Shown here: positions 9,470 to 22,319 of the stretch, piece after piece
Position numbering within the stretch: position 1 is the first letter of the stretch
How the letters are laid out: each line of letters starts with the position of its first letter
Assembly (NCBI GenBank): GCA_043228905.1
Contig: JBHGNT010000017.1
Span: 9,920,001 to 9,984,000, forward strand
Length of the DNA: 64,000 nucleotides
Reading direction: 5' to 3'
Source: Azolla caroliniana
Taxonomy: Eukaryota; Plantae; Polypodiophyta
The notes under the pieces: generated by a model
Told to the model about the DNA's origin: nothing
The model's input: the letters and a program-made list of their open reading frames with translations, nothing else
Databases searched by the model: none
Translations under genes and position numbers: made by a program

Positions 9470-12100
9470 TAGCGCATTAGTGAGACCGAATGGCATAACC
9501 GTATGTTCGAAGTGCCCATATTTGGTGCGAAATGCGGTATTCCATTCATCTCCTGGTCGGATCCATACGAGGTTATATGCTCCTCGTAAGTCGATCTTTG
9601 TGAAGAACTTTGCACCATTGATCCATTCTAAAAGACTTGAGATAAGGGGAAATGCATGCCTATTCCTTATGGTGACCTTATAAAGCCACGGTAATCTATG
9701 ACGAGACGAAGTGATCCATCCTTTTCCTTGACAAAGAAAATGGGTGCGTCGGCTTGAGATTTCGAATGTTGAATGAAACCGTTTGCCAAATTCTCCTCAA
9801 TGTAGGCTCGAAGGATTTTTAGCTCGGTTGGTGACAAGCTGTAGATCGGTCCCCATGGTGGCACTTTTCCCGATTGTAAATCAATGGGACAATCATACAG
9901 TCAGTGGTGAGGAAGCATATTGGCTTGTACCTTATCGTATCATGTCGGCATAATGATGATACATCTCTGGAAATTGAACTGTGGATTCCTCTTTAGTGGT
10001 GTTGGAAGTTTTTACTAATACTGGGAAGACAAACATTGCTTCCTTGCATCCTTCCTCACACAATTGATTTAGCGAAATGGTTGCAATCCTATGAGTAGGT
10101 GCTTAGGTTTGTCGATACTAGATTTGTCTTGTTCTCCAATCTATGTCTGGGTTATGTAATTCGAACCATGGTAACCCCAAGACAATTGGATGATTTGGAC
10201 TACTAATTATATTAAATGATACTACACACACCAAATTATCTAGGACAACCTGAATCAGCTCTGACTCTAGTATGATATTTCCGGATGCAATGGGACGACC
10301 ATCAATAACTACTACAGATGTTGGGCAAGAAAGTTTTCTTAGGGATATCTGATGAGCTTGGGCAAATTTCCTATCCATGAAGCAAGAGTTGGCTCTAGAA
10401 TCTAAGATTGCTATGACTTGTATTGGAGGAGTACTTTTAGTACTAAACAGTACTTGAGCCAAGAACAAATTGCAAACTTTCTTAGAGGGAATGGAACCAC
10501 TAATGCGTTGCGTAGATCTAGGGTTGTCCAACCAAATGGCTCCTATTTTGGCTGGACTTAGTCGTTTAACTCTTCTTCTAATTGACTAAGGACTTTAAAT
10601 TTGTTCAATAGATTTGGGCTATTAGTACTATTAGAACTATCAGAAATTTCTAACCAAATAGACTCGGGTTTAGTACAAGCTACTAGTTGATTTACCTATC
10701 TTTTTGGCCTATGTGGACAGTTTACTGCGATATGCCCATGCCCTCCGCAATAGAGACATAATCGATTTGCTCGGCATCGTTGCTTTTCTTCTTCCGACAA
10801 TGGACCACGACGACGTGTGGTGTCGACTTCCATTGGTGTTGGTGTATTTTCCGGAGATGCATTGTATGACTCCCTTCAAAATGGTTTTGCTGCGACTGAG
10901 GTGTATCTAGGCTCCCACCTGGTCCTTGCCATTTGTAATTGGCGTTCCGAATGTCGCACGAAAATCTGGTTCTTGCATCTTACCACTCGACTGATTGCCT
11001 CTGTGAGCGATTTTGGTTCTTCAGGAAAAGTCAGGAGTAGGTCTTTGACGTCATTTCGTAGCCTATATCGAAATTGTTCCATTAAGGCTTGATCATACCA
11101 AGGAATATCGGAGGTGAGTAGACAGAAATCTGTAGTGTATGCAGAGGCTAGATGATCACCTTGATGTAATTGTCAGATTTTGTTGATTGTCGTCCTTATG
11201 CTATCAGTATCTCCAAAACAAGCTTTAAACTCACTTATAAACTCCTCAAAATTATTTCGTAATGGAGATTCCTTTTCTAACAACGGAGTGAACCATGCCA
11301 AAGCTGAGCCACTTAGCAACATGCCTATTAGACCCACTCGTGATTCATGGTGGGATATCGGGAATGATGCATTTGAATGACTAATCGTACCTGATTAAAG
11401 AATCCTCTGAATTGTGATCATGTTCCATCGCTAGGTCCTTGTTGTTGCAACGCTACAATGGTTGCATCAAGTTGTTGCACACGTAATGCTAGTTCCCCAT
11501 GTTGTTTTTGCGTATGTTGCTTTTCTAAGGAGATTTGTTGAAGATCCCCCAACTGTTGTTGATTTTCTTGTTCCAATGCGAGAAACTTCTCTTTCAAGCA
11601 TTGAAACTCTAAGAAAACGAATTGATATTGTTGAGCGCTAACAATTGCCATTGTATTAGAGAAAGGAGGGATAAGTAAGAAAATAGAAGGACAAAAATCG
11701 GCTCAAACTGTCATGGATAGTACTAAGACAAAGAGGGAATTAGTACTAAAAGATGAGGATTAGTATTAAGAGGGGTGAGAGAGAGAGAGAATGATGATAA
11801 CAAAATATATTTATTATATGAAGATAATATACATGAATAGCTAGGAGGTTTAAGATTGGCGTTGAACTGATTTGGTTCTCAAGAATGCCATGTGCCTCTT
11901 TTTATAGTGGCTTAGGAATACTCTTGACTTTTCTAGAATCTTCTAGAGAAATCTAGAATGTACATGGATTTCCTAAGTGAAGTAATAAATGGAAATAATA
12001 TTCTTTGTATTACAATGTATAGTTTAATAGTAAGGCTTCAACCCATGTGACACAAGATCATGGGTTCAAATCCATTTGAAGCCATACCAATTGCATGACA
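9470..12100 (-). mobile_element. Tcn1-like chromovirus gypsy element 1 (degenerate): 5' LTR, gag, protease, RT N-terminus
   Basis: Gag 11651-10700 matches 63119 onward; protease AILDSRANSCFMD (10118-10531); [22 protein letters not shown] and [11 protein letters not shown]; many stops. Confidence 0.85.
11709..12100 (-). repeat. 5' LTR of Tcn1-like element 1; self-primer-type PBS at 11695-11706
   Basis: TGTCA...TGACA termini and a TATAAAAA box; no TGG-type PBS; the R-start sequence AAATCAGTTCAA is nearly complementary to TTGAGCCGATTT after the LTR. Confidence 0.78.
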
Positions 12101-12109
12101 GCTATCCGC

Positions 12110-14901
12110 TACCATGGTGCCGCTACGTAGCATATTTAAGTGATCGACGGAAGAAAAACCAAAGAAGAAAAAGAAGGGAAGACACTAATCAAATGAACAC
12201 ACAAATGGGTAGCTCGCTCCCTAGTGAAAAGCTAGACCAGAGCAATTATTCATCTTGGGAGTACAAGATGAACCAATACCTGGTTGGCCAAGGGTATTGG
12301 AGCTACATCACTGGTGCACTCGTAGACAAACCGGACATCAAAATGCCACCTACCCAACGTGGGAGCAAGGAGCGAGTCGGGTAATGTATTGCTTGGCAAC
12401 ATGTGTCCACGATCACATGCTGAGCCACATTCGAGATGCCAAGACGCCTAAAGAGGCGTGGGAGAACTTGAAGAAAATGTTCTCCACCAACACAACTGCC
12501 TGCAAACTTCAACTCCGTTAAGAGTTGAACAACATTTGGCAAAAAGATATGTCTGTGTGGGACTACAACGCCAAGATCAAGAGCTTTTGCTACTCGCTTG
12601 GCTCCAGCAACATAAACGTCGACGAAGATGAGATGGTTCAAGTATGCTTGGGCGACCTCGCACAACGATTTGACTCATTAAGGACGGAAATCTTGGCGAG
12701 AGAAAACCCTCCTTCGTTCTTCGACCTTCAATCAATGCTACTGGTTGAAGAGAACCACATCGGAACCAAGACCAAGACGTCGGAAGGACAAATGTTCTTG
12801 AATTCGGATGGTGGCCGAGGACAAGGTCGAGGTTGTAGAAGAGGTCGATTCGACCATCTCATGAAGGGAATGCAAACCTTCGACAACAAGATGGAAACCA
12901 TCGAGTAACCTTTGGAAGAAGGGTGAGGTTCCATGCCGAACAAGGTCGGAAAACGTGGCCCATTACTTGCAACTATTGCGGCAAAATCGGCCACCACGAA
13001 GAGGAGTGTCAGAAGAAGAGAAGTGAGTCGGGTTCGACAAGCCAACAACTCACAAACTACACCACAAACTCCGAATACGAAGACTATGTGGGCTATTCGT
13101 AATGAGACATAGAGTGAACTCTATGTCGGCCTCCGACACCACAAGCACCTCCAACTCGGAAAACGTGTGGTTGGTCAACTCCAACGCCTCACATCTTATG
13201 ACATCACACCAAGAGTGGTTTCGTGACCTAAGAACGCCGGATCGACCTAGCTTCATAGAGACAGGAGACGACACCACACATCCTATTCAACACATTAGCA
13301 ATGTCCCATTCGGGAAAGAAGGCAAACAAACTTGCATCAAGAATGTCTTTTACGTGCCCACAATAACAAAGAATTTGGTCTCGGTCGGCCAAATCGTGGA
13401 GCATGACATGCAAGTTCATTTCAACAATGAAGTATGCTTCATCAAGAAAGATGGCCGACTCATAGTTAAAGGATGGAGAGATGGTCAGATGTTCATTCTC
13501 GATTCGAATGAGGTGAAATCGTCCATGTATGCCAAAGGTCTCAAAACCAAGACAAGCATCAAGCTGTGGCACAAGAGAATCGGCCACATCAATCTCCAAC
13601 GGGTTCGAGCAATGCAATCAAAGGGAGTCATCATTGGACTTCCGACCTTTGAGTCAACCGAGTGTGCAAAGCATGTCAACTCGGCAAACAACATCGACTC
13701 CCATTTCCAAAGGAGAGCTACGTAAGCAAAGGCCTCCTCGACATCATACATTCAGATGTATGGGGATCGGCTCAAACGCCGATGATTGGTGGATCCCGAT
13801 ACTACGTCACCTTTATCGACGACTACTCCCGCTACGCGTGGATCTTTCCAATGACGAAGAAGAGCAAAGCGCTCTCCCATTTCCAAAAGCTCAAGGGTCA
13901 AGTCGAAAGAGAAACCGGTCGGCACATTTGATGCCTAAGTTCAGATGGAGGGAATGAGTACTTCTCCGATGAATTCATCTCCTACCTCCAAGGTGAAGGC
14001 ATTCGGAGAGAATTCTCATGCCGACACATACCCCAACAAAATGGAATCACTGAAAGGAAGAATCGGCACATACTTGAGGTAGCACGTACCATGATACACA
14101 AGAAGCACATGCTGAACTTCTATTGGGCCAAAGAGGCATCCATGGACGTCTACTTGTCTGGAAGGATGTTGATCCTGTCGCACCTCAAAGTGTTCAGAAG
14201 CATTGCGAATGTACGCATCCCGAATGAATGACGACATAAGCTCGACATGACGTCAGAGAAATGTATCCTCGTAGGATACTCATCCAAGAAAAAGGCATAC
14301 ACGTGCTTTAACCCCTCGACCCGAGCGGTTCGGGTGAGTCGAGACATAGTCTTCGACGAATCAGCATATTGGTACAAGCCCGATTCAGCTATACCCAACC
14401 CTACCGAGGAAGAGTTGAACGTCAACTCAAAGGATGATATTCAGCCAAGTCCTTTACCAATGGACAATCCAAGCTCTACCAAGATAAGTACCCCACATGA
14501 CCCTTCACGTGACCAAAGCACATTGTGGCCAAGTCCGAACTTGGAAAAAGTCAAAGGTAAGATGCCTGAATACGAAGTCGATCACCCCAAAGACAGTGAT
14601 TCGATGTGTCGGCTCACTCACTAGATAATGATTTTGGTGTACCCATCATGCGGACACCCGGAGTAAAGAAGGTGCTAACATCAGCAAGGCTTGGCTACAA
14701 TGAGTATATGGCCCATCATTATGCCTTTGTGATAAAGGTAACGACCGAACAAGAGCCCGAGAGCTCTACAGAAGTGGCTTGTAACCCATGATGGGTGGAA
14801 GAAATCGGCCTTCGCCCACTTCACACTACAAGCCATCATCACCGGCTTGAGGGGGAGGAACCGAGACTACCTCGGAAAGGCCGAAGAAGTCAACGAAGGT
14901 C
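12110..14901 (+). mobile_element. Copia C: degenerate copia of a second lineage (gag, protease, integrase; RT and RH largely deleted)
   Basis: Gag KLDQSNYSSWEYKM; protease WLVNSNASHLMT; LWHKRIGH; HSDVWG, FIDDYSRY; SEKCILVGYS; jumps to a pol C-terminus near 14800. Confidence 0.85.
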
Positions 14902-15414
14902 TGTTGTTCGGTTCGATAGTCGACTACTTAGACTGACAGCACAACAGGGTTGACATTCTATTTTGAACATTCTGTGAAGAAATCGTGGAATTTTGAATGG
15001 AATATGAAGTAGCTTCCTATGTAGTTTTATGATACCATATAAATCTATCGTGATCGACTAATTGGCATAATATAATTACGACCAAAATATAACTAAGACG
15101 AATAGAGCAATAGATTTTACTAACTAATAACTATATTAAACTCAAATTAGAACAATAGTGTTACAATGTTCTCGGTCCCATTTTATAGGTGACCCAAAAG
15201 ATAGACACATCAAGAATTACACTTTGCCTTGTCAGCAAGAACTCACCAAAACCTCTACCTAACTCTAATATTTGTATATATATATTTTTGTTTATTCGGC
15301 AAAATGCTGACTCATTGATCTGCCTCGTCGATCTGACTCCAACTTTGTGTTTCTCTGAACATTGTCGACTCTGACGCTTCCACACTTGTCCGACTCTTAC
15401 CTGACCGACTAACA
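14902..15414 (-). repeat. 3' LTR assigned to G2
   Basis: Starts TGTTAG at 15414; ACCTATAAAATGGG near 15185; U3 resembles the G3 LTR; left boundary approximate. Confidence 0.7.
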
Positions 15415-15416
15415 CT

Positions 15417-15457
15417 TGGCACGCTCGTGGGCTAGGGCCTTGCCCGATCGAACCCAC
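15417..15457 (-). ncRNA. tRNA-3'-half mimic in the PPT position (G2 copy)
   Basis: Minus strand: GTGGG TTCGA TC GGGC-AAG-GCCC T AG CCCAC GAGCGTG CCA AG, then TGTTA. Confidence 0.7.
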
Positions 15458-15739
15458 GGTATTATCTTACGCTTGCTCTGTTGGGTCGAGGTTGTCATTG
15501 TTGTCGTCTTCTTCGTTTTCGTTGTCTTGGAGTATGTCGAACAATGACGGTTCTTCTTCGTGTTCCTGTTCTCGTTGGCGCCAATGTTTCGTCTTGTTGT
15601 TGTGCTAACCTCCGCTTTAACTATTGGATGGCATCATCCTTAGCATCTAACCCTTTACTTATTTCGGTTTTAGCCAGCAATATGCAGTCTTCTAATTTTT
15701 GGACCCTCTGCTGCATTGTGGTGGCTTTGGCGGTCACGT

Positions 15740-18700
15740 TGTCACATGGCACGTGACACACATGCCAAACTTCGTGATGTGCGCATCACACGTGCGCAGA
15801 CAAGCATCGGGCCTCTATCCTCTAGTGGTTATGGAGGATTGATGATGGGATTTCCATGCATGCGGGTCGGTTGAATGGGACCACCGGGATCTTTGATTGG
15901 GGAGGACGAATCGATGACTTGTTCTTGTAAGGAATCAACCGTTTAGGTTTATCGTCGGGTCGTTCTTTGTTGCTGAAGACGCACCCGGCCAAGACTCAGT
16001 GGTGCGGTGGATTGACGTGTAAGTGGTGCGCAATGTTTTAGCAAGCAGCGACGATGGCGAAACGATCTTTGCCAAAACAATCTTTGCTGGTGTTGGTTCC
16101 TTCTTAATGAGAATTTTTGAGAGAGAGTGAATTGACCTCAAGAAATGAAATTGTAGTAGCCGAAGTGACACTCTAATCTGGTTGAGAGAGAGAGAGAGAG
16201 ACGGAAATTGAGGAAGTCTTTAAGATAGATAGATAGACAGATGGAAATTCCAATTCCAGGTTTGATCCCTTGACTTCAATTTCGAGAAAGAAGACACGTC
16301 ACCAATAAGATAACTAAGTTTTTTTTCTTATTAATAGCTTGATTTAATACATAGCTTGATTCCCCCCTAAACCCTAAACCACATATGGTCTGAACCACCT
16401 TCTTGCAAGCTTTCTTGTCTTCTTGTGTTGATTTGTCAAGGCTATTGTCGTAGACTAATACCCAACCTCCTTCGATCTTCTTGGAATGTAGTCGATGTGT
16501 CTTGTCAAACCCATCTAAAAATCGGGTGCTTCTTTTAATTAGCCAGTACTTTTCTTTGGGATGGGATATGGAAATGTTGGCAATAGAACCTCCTCTGTCT
16601 AGTTGAACATCCCACCGTCTTGATGCATCTTTCCCTTCATTCCCATGAGTAGTCCTCAGAATCACATCTTTCCTTTCTTCTTTATAAAAGTGATAACCAT
16701 CCATTTTACCACAACATCATCTTCGTTGATAACAACGTCAATGTTAATTATACTTACATCATCATTATAATCATCCTTTGAGTTAACATCTTTAATTACC
16801 GAATCATTTATCACGAGATAACCATCATATTCAATATCATCTACCCTAAACTCATCCTTCCCGCACACACTCACAATGCCAACATTATCATTATAGACAT
16901 CCCAAACCAGCATAACATTTTGTAGATTATCCTTAATACTATCAACCTTAATCCCATGCTTCCCACACATACTCACAGCATCATCATCATCATTATACAC
17001 ATCCCAAATAACATTTTCTAGATTTTCCTTACTTATACCCTTGTGATTTTTATGTGACCCCCACATCATCATGGACATATTTTTGTAAAACATCCTCATC
17101 ATCACAAATCCCTAGTACTCTATTTTCATAATGGATGTCTTCATGAATGTCACCATTTGATTTAATGAAACCCTTATAAAATCTATCACAAAGAAAACCA
17201 ATGCAACCTAAAACACACAATTCCTCTTCATCACTCTCACCCTCATCATTACCCTTATCATAACCATATCCACAAAAAGTGCACAACTTTTTATCATCAT
17301 AACCCTCATTCTTCTCATGGCACTCACTCTCACCATCAATAATACACTCTCCCTTCCTATCATCAAACCCTAAATCATGTGTATCATTATTATCATCATC
17401 GTCATCACATTTAAATATAAAGTTTTCATCTCTTCCTAACTTCTTCTCTTGTTGGCGGCTCTCATTAAACCTATCATGCTTGTCATCACAATTTAAACCA
17501 TGAGAGTCTTGATCCCAACTTCTCTCACCATCACTACTTTTGAGTGTAGCACAACCATGAAGAGCTTGACCTTGATTTCTCCTCTTGTGTTTTCAGTAAT
17601 CTTTGTCACAGTCATAACCTTGTAGATCTCGAGCACTCTTTGTGAGTTTGCAATGATCTTTGTCTTTATCATAACCGTGATCTTGATCTTTCTCCTCAAG
17701 CCCACATTCTTTGTCACATATCTCTTCATGACTGCATCCTTGATTATCTTAGTCTTTCGCCTCTAGCCCACTTTCTTCACCACATATCTCTTCATGATCG
17801 CATCCTTCTCGATCTTCCCTCTTGAGCCCACATTCTTCATCGCATCTCTCTTCATGATTGTATCATTCTTTGGTGCATCTCTCTCTTTTCTTGAGTTTGC
17901 AACGTTCTTCGGGATGATCATAGGTATGTCGATCACAATCCCTCCCTTCAAGATCCCATTCTTCATCACATGTTTCTCTTTTGTCGAGTTTACAACAATC
18001 CTCGTAACAACCATAGGCATGTTGATCTCGATCTCTCTCTTCAAGGCCGCATTCTTCGTCACATGTCTCTCTTTTGTCGAGTTTGCAATGATCTTCATAA
18101 TGAACATAGGCATGTAGATCTTGATCTATCCCTTTAATACCATGATCTTTGTCGCATGCCTCTTCAAGATCGCAATCGTGAACGTATCGATCTCTGTTGT
18201 CAAGCCCACGTTTTTCTTCACAACCACATCCTCGATTATCTCGTTCTTTTGTTACGAGCCCACACTCTTTGTTGAATGTCTCTTCATGATAGTAATCGCG
18301 AACATCTCGATCATCTTCATCTTCGTCATTGTCGAGCAAACCATGAAAAGGTTGAGGACCAAATCTTGACGTCATAACCGCATCACACCAATCCGGAACT
18401 TCTTCATATCGTCTTTCAAGTTGCCTTTCCAACTTGAGATACTTCATCGCTCTATCCATATCATCATGCAACATCATTTCAATGGCCTTCCTTACAAATG
18501 GAAGGATCACAAGCTTCGGACCACCTTCTACTCTTATCGACTCCTCTAGCTCGTAAGCAACCAAGACCACATTCATCATTCACGATGCCTCCACTACCAC
18601 CTTCTCCTCAACAAAATATGTCACGTGGCACATGACACACATGCCAAACGTCGTGATGTGTGCGTCACATGTCTATGGACAAGCATTGGGTCTCTATCCG

Positions 18701-20345
18701 CTAGTGGTTATGGAGGATTAATGATGGGATTTCCATGCTTGCGGGTCGGTTGAACGGGACCACCGGGATCTTTGACCAGGGAGGACGAATCGGTGACTTG
18801 TGCTTGTAAGGAATCAGCCGTTTAGGTTTATCGTCGGGTTATTCTTTGTTCTCGAAGACGCACTGGACCCAGACTCAGTGGTGTAGTGGATTGACATGTA
18901 GGCGGTGATGATGTGGTGGTGCGCAATGTTTTAGTGGGCAGCGACAACAGCAAACCGATATTTGTCAGTGCTAGTTCCTTCTTAACGAGAATTTTTGAGA
19001 GAGAGTGAATAGACCTCAAGAAACAAAATTGTAGTAGCCGAATTGACGCTCTAATTTGGTTGTGAGAGAGAGAGACGGAAATTGACGAAGTCTTTAAGAT
19101 AGATAGATAAACAAACGAAAATTCCAATTCCGGGTTTGAACCCTTGACTTCAATTACGAGAAACAAGACACATCACAAATAAGATAACTAGATTTTGTTT
19201 TTTCACTAATATCTTGATTTAATACATAGCTTGTTCCTCCCCCCCCCCCCCCCCCCCCCCCCCCTTCTCTCTTCCTTTCTTTCTTATGTAGATGCCCCCA
19301 TGCATATGATGCATGTGAGGGTGTAAGACGTGCATACAATGCCTAATTGCCATTTGGCGCTCATGCATCGCATGTGATGTATGATAACCATGTCACTCAT
19401 TCAATCTCTTATGTATGAGAATTTACATGTGAAAAGTATAATGATGAAAATAAACTTTAAAGAAACAACTTAGCCTAATGGTATATCAATTGTGTGCTCT
19501 ATTGGAGATGTAAGGTTCAAAACCTATGTCACATGCACATTAAGATGCTAATATATGAGTGTAACCATCACGCCTTTCAATCTAAATGGAGTCAATTTGG
19601 TGAATGTTTTGTATGAAATGTGATAGGCCTATAAAGCACTATTTAATATTTGATTCCACTCACCGGGGACCACCGGGGAGGACGAATTGCTGAATTGTGC
19701 TTGTAAGGAATCATCCGTTTAGGTTTATCGTCGAGTCATTCTTTGTTGTCGAAGACCCACCGGGCCGAGACTTAGTGGTGTGGTGGATTGACATGTAGGC
19801 GGTGGTGATGTGGAGGTGCGCAATGTTTTAGTGGGCAGCGATGACAGCGAAACGATATTTGTCGGTGCTAATTCCTTCTTAACGAGAATTTTTGAGAGAG
19901 AGTGAATTGAACTCAAGAAATGAAATTGTAGTAGCCGAAGTGACGCTCTAATTTGGTTGAGCGAGAGAGAGACACGGAAATTGAGGAAGTCTTTAAGATA
20001 GATAGATTTAATAGAAATCTTGTCCTCCCCCCTTTCTCTTCCTTTCTTTCTTATATAGATGCCCCCATACATATGATGCATGTGAGGGTGTAAGTCATGC
20101 ATACAATGCATGATTGCCATTTGGCGCTCATGCATCGCATGTGATGTGTATGATAACCATGTCACTCATTCAAGCTCTTATGTATGAGAATTTACATGTG
20201 AAAAGTATAATGATGAAAATAATCTCTAAAGAAACAACTTAAGCTAATGGTATGTCAATTGTCTCCTGTGTTGGAGGTAGGTTCAAAACCTATCTCACAT
20301 GCACATTATTGTGCTAATATATGAGTGTAACCATCACCCCTATCA
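15740..20345 (-). mobile_element. Family X: degenerate non-autonomous LTR element(s) with LTR copies at 15740-16364, 18619-19579 and about 19660-20345
   Basis: Three diverged direct repeats, the first two starting TGTCAC; internal Gag-like acidic ORF and an integrase tail (WVLVYDNSL near 16450); shares a U5 motif with the 41418 element. Confidence 0.72.
17493..18579 (-). pseudogene. Gag-like ORF remnant with tandem acidic Cys/His repeats (ETCDEECGLEERDRD-like units)
   Basis: ORF 17863-18579 plus a frameshifted continuation; roughly 87-bp repeat units. Confidence 0.55.
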
Positions 20346-21714
20346 TTCATGTGCACATTGTACCTTCTCGATTTTCACACCATTGCCGAAAATTTTCACG
20401 ATAGCATCCTCCACCTTCTCCGTTTCTTTCAGGCGTTCATGAAATTGTTGATCTTGGGACCTGTCAAGCAATTGTTGTGTCTGAAACTGATCTTCCAGTT
20501 CTTTCAATTTTTCTTCTGTTTCTCGGAGTTTTTCAGACAAGTCGGCGTTGTAGTCTTGGCTTTTTGCACATTCTTCTTGGAATCGATCGGTTGCCACTGT
20601 GGCTCTCTTGTATACTTCAACCATGTCTTTGGCTGCCCTATTTGCCCTTTCATATTCTTTCTGCACTTCAACGAGTGTTAAACATAAGGGAGGTATTTCA
20701 ATTGCCTCACCTCGATTCTTAGCATTCTGTTGTCGGCCATCGCAATCAATCTCTTATTTGTTCCTCAGGTTCAACAATGTCGATAAGTGATTTCTGGATC
20801 ATAACACGATCCTTGTGTTCTTGGGCCAACAATCCTGATACTTCCTACAAGCATTGAGCAAGCCATTCGACCAGTTCATAAGATGTGCCGAACTGTAAAA
20901 TGGCCGTCAATTCATTTGTTGCCGGTGGAAGATCTGGTAGGCCTAATACTTCTCTTGGAGTCATCATCGATGATGACTTCCCTTTCTGTACTGGACTCGT
21001 GTCGTTGAGATCGACACGTCTTTCCTCCTCTACTGTTTTCTATTGCAACTCTGTTCTCAATCATTTAGCAGGCGGTGCCTCTTTACCAGGTTGTGAATCT
21101 CGCCGAGATTTTTGCTTCATTCTCCTTGTTCGTTCGGTTGTTGGTGTCAGAATCGGATTGTTAACCAGCTACGGTGTCTGATTCTATTCCTGCACTAGTT
21201 GTGAAGCTTGATTTGGATTCAACTTTGGTACTGTTGTTGGGGTGGGTGTTGGTATCCGCTCCTGCTCCTGCTCCGGTTGTTAGAGGGATTCTGACTATTG
21301 GGTGTCGACATGTGTCGGCTCCAGTTCCTACCATTCTTTCCATGGCATTTCTTGTCGGGCCCTTGACGATGCCTGTCGCATTGGCTACCCCTCGCTTCTT
21401 AGGGTGTTACGTCGATTTTCCGAACTCGATGTCGGGCAGAGCATTGTAAGCCATCTTCCGAATATAGGCTTCATTGGTTTACCACTTTGAACGCCTTTGA
21501 CTTGCTTTTTGAGAATGTCCCCCATCAAGTGACCCACTCGAATTTTTCCCCTTTGTATGTGGATATAATGAATCTTGCCCTGTGTTTGGGCATACAATAG
21601 AATCAGGGACTCACGAAAGTGCTTTCTAACAGAAAATTGGAGACCTCCTGAAAAACAAATTCTCCGCCGCCTTGTGTTTTGTAGGCTTTGGCCGATGGCG
21701 AATAATCCCCAAAA

Positions 21715-22309
21715 TAAGGAATAGACCCTTCTATCCTCCTTTTTATCTCGGCCACAACCGATTAATCGCGGATCAATGGAGCAGAAAATAGGAAACACAC
21801 GTAGAAACAAGACGAAGAAACGCGAGTACACAAGGATTAACGTGGAAAACCCTAAACGGGGAAAAAACCACGGGAGTACAAGACTCCAAACAACACTATA
21901 CAGAGAAGTATACAATGACGAGCTCCAAGGCGACGACCTTGAGCTCGCTGTCCTCGCCACAGGCGGCGGAAATACACAGAGGCGTCTACCTCTTTCTCTC
22001 TCGCGCTCTCTCTCTCTCTCTCTCTCACGGCTGCTCTCTCTTCACTCCTCTAAAGTGGAAAAACAGAAAAATGAGAAGCAACAACAAAACAGTTTGCCCT
22101 AAGTCATATTTATACTCATATGACTTTGGGCTATTTACAACTGTAGCCTCAGGGGCCCATAGCGAACATATTCACGGATATGTCCCTGCATCCGGATCGC
22201 TCTCCGGGTACATTCGTCATCCGGTACCGAAACCGGGGTCTTCGTCATCCGGATCCGAAACCGACAACCGGATCCGACCATCCCATCCGAAGGGACCGTA
22301 ATCCCAACA
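21715..22309 (-). repeat. Copia B 3' LTR (terminal CA missing)
   Basis: Matches the 5' LTR except that the last 2 bp are absent. Confidence 0.93.
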
Positions 22310-22319
22310 AACTCCCCCT

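Noticed and set aside
12110-12130. TGGTGCCGCTACG as a non-Met PBS of copia C
   Set aside because: The LTR is cut off by the Tcn1-like insertion and I could not assign a tRNA with confidence.
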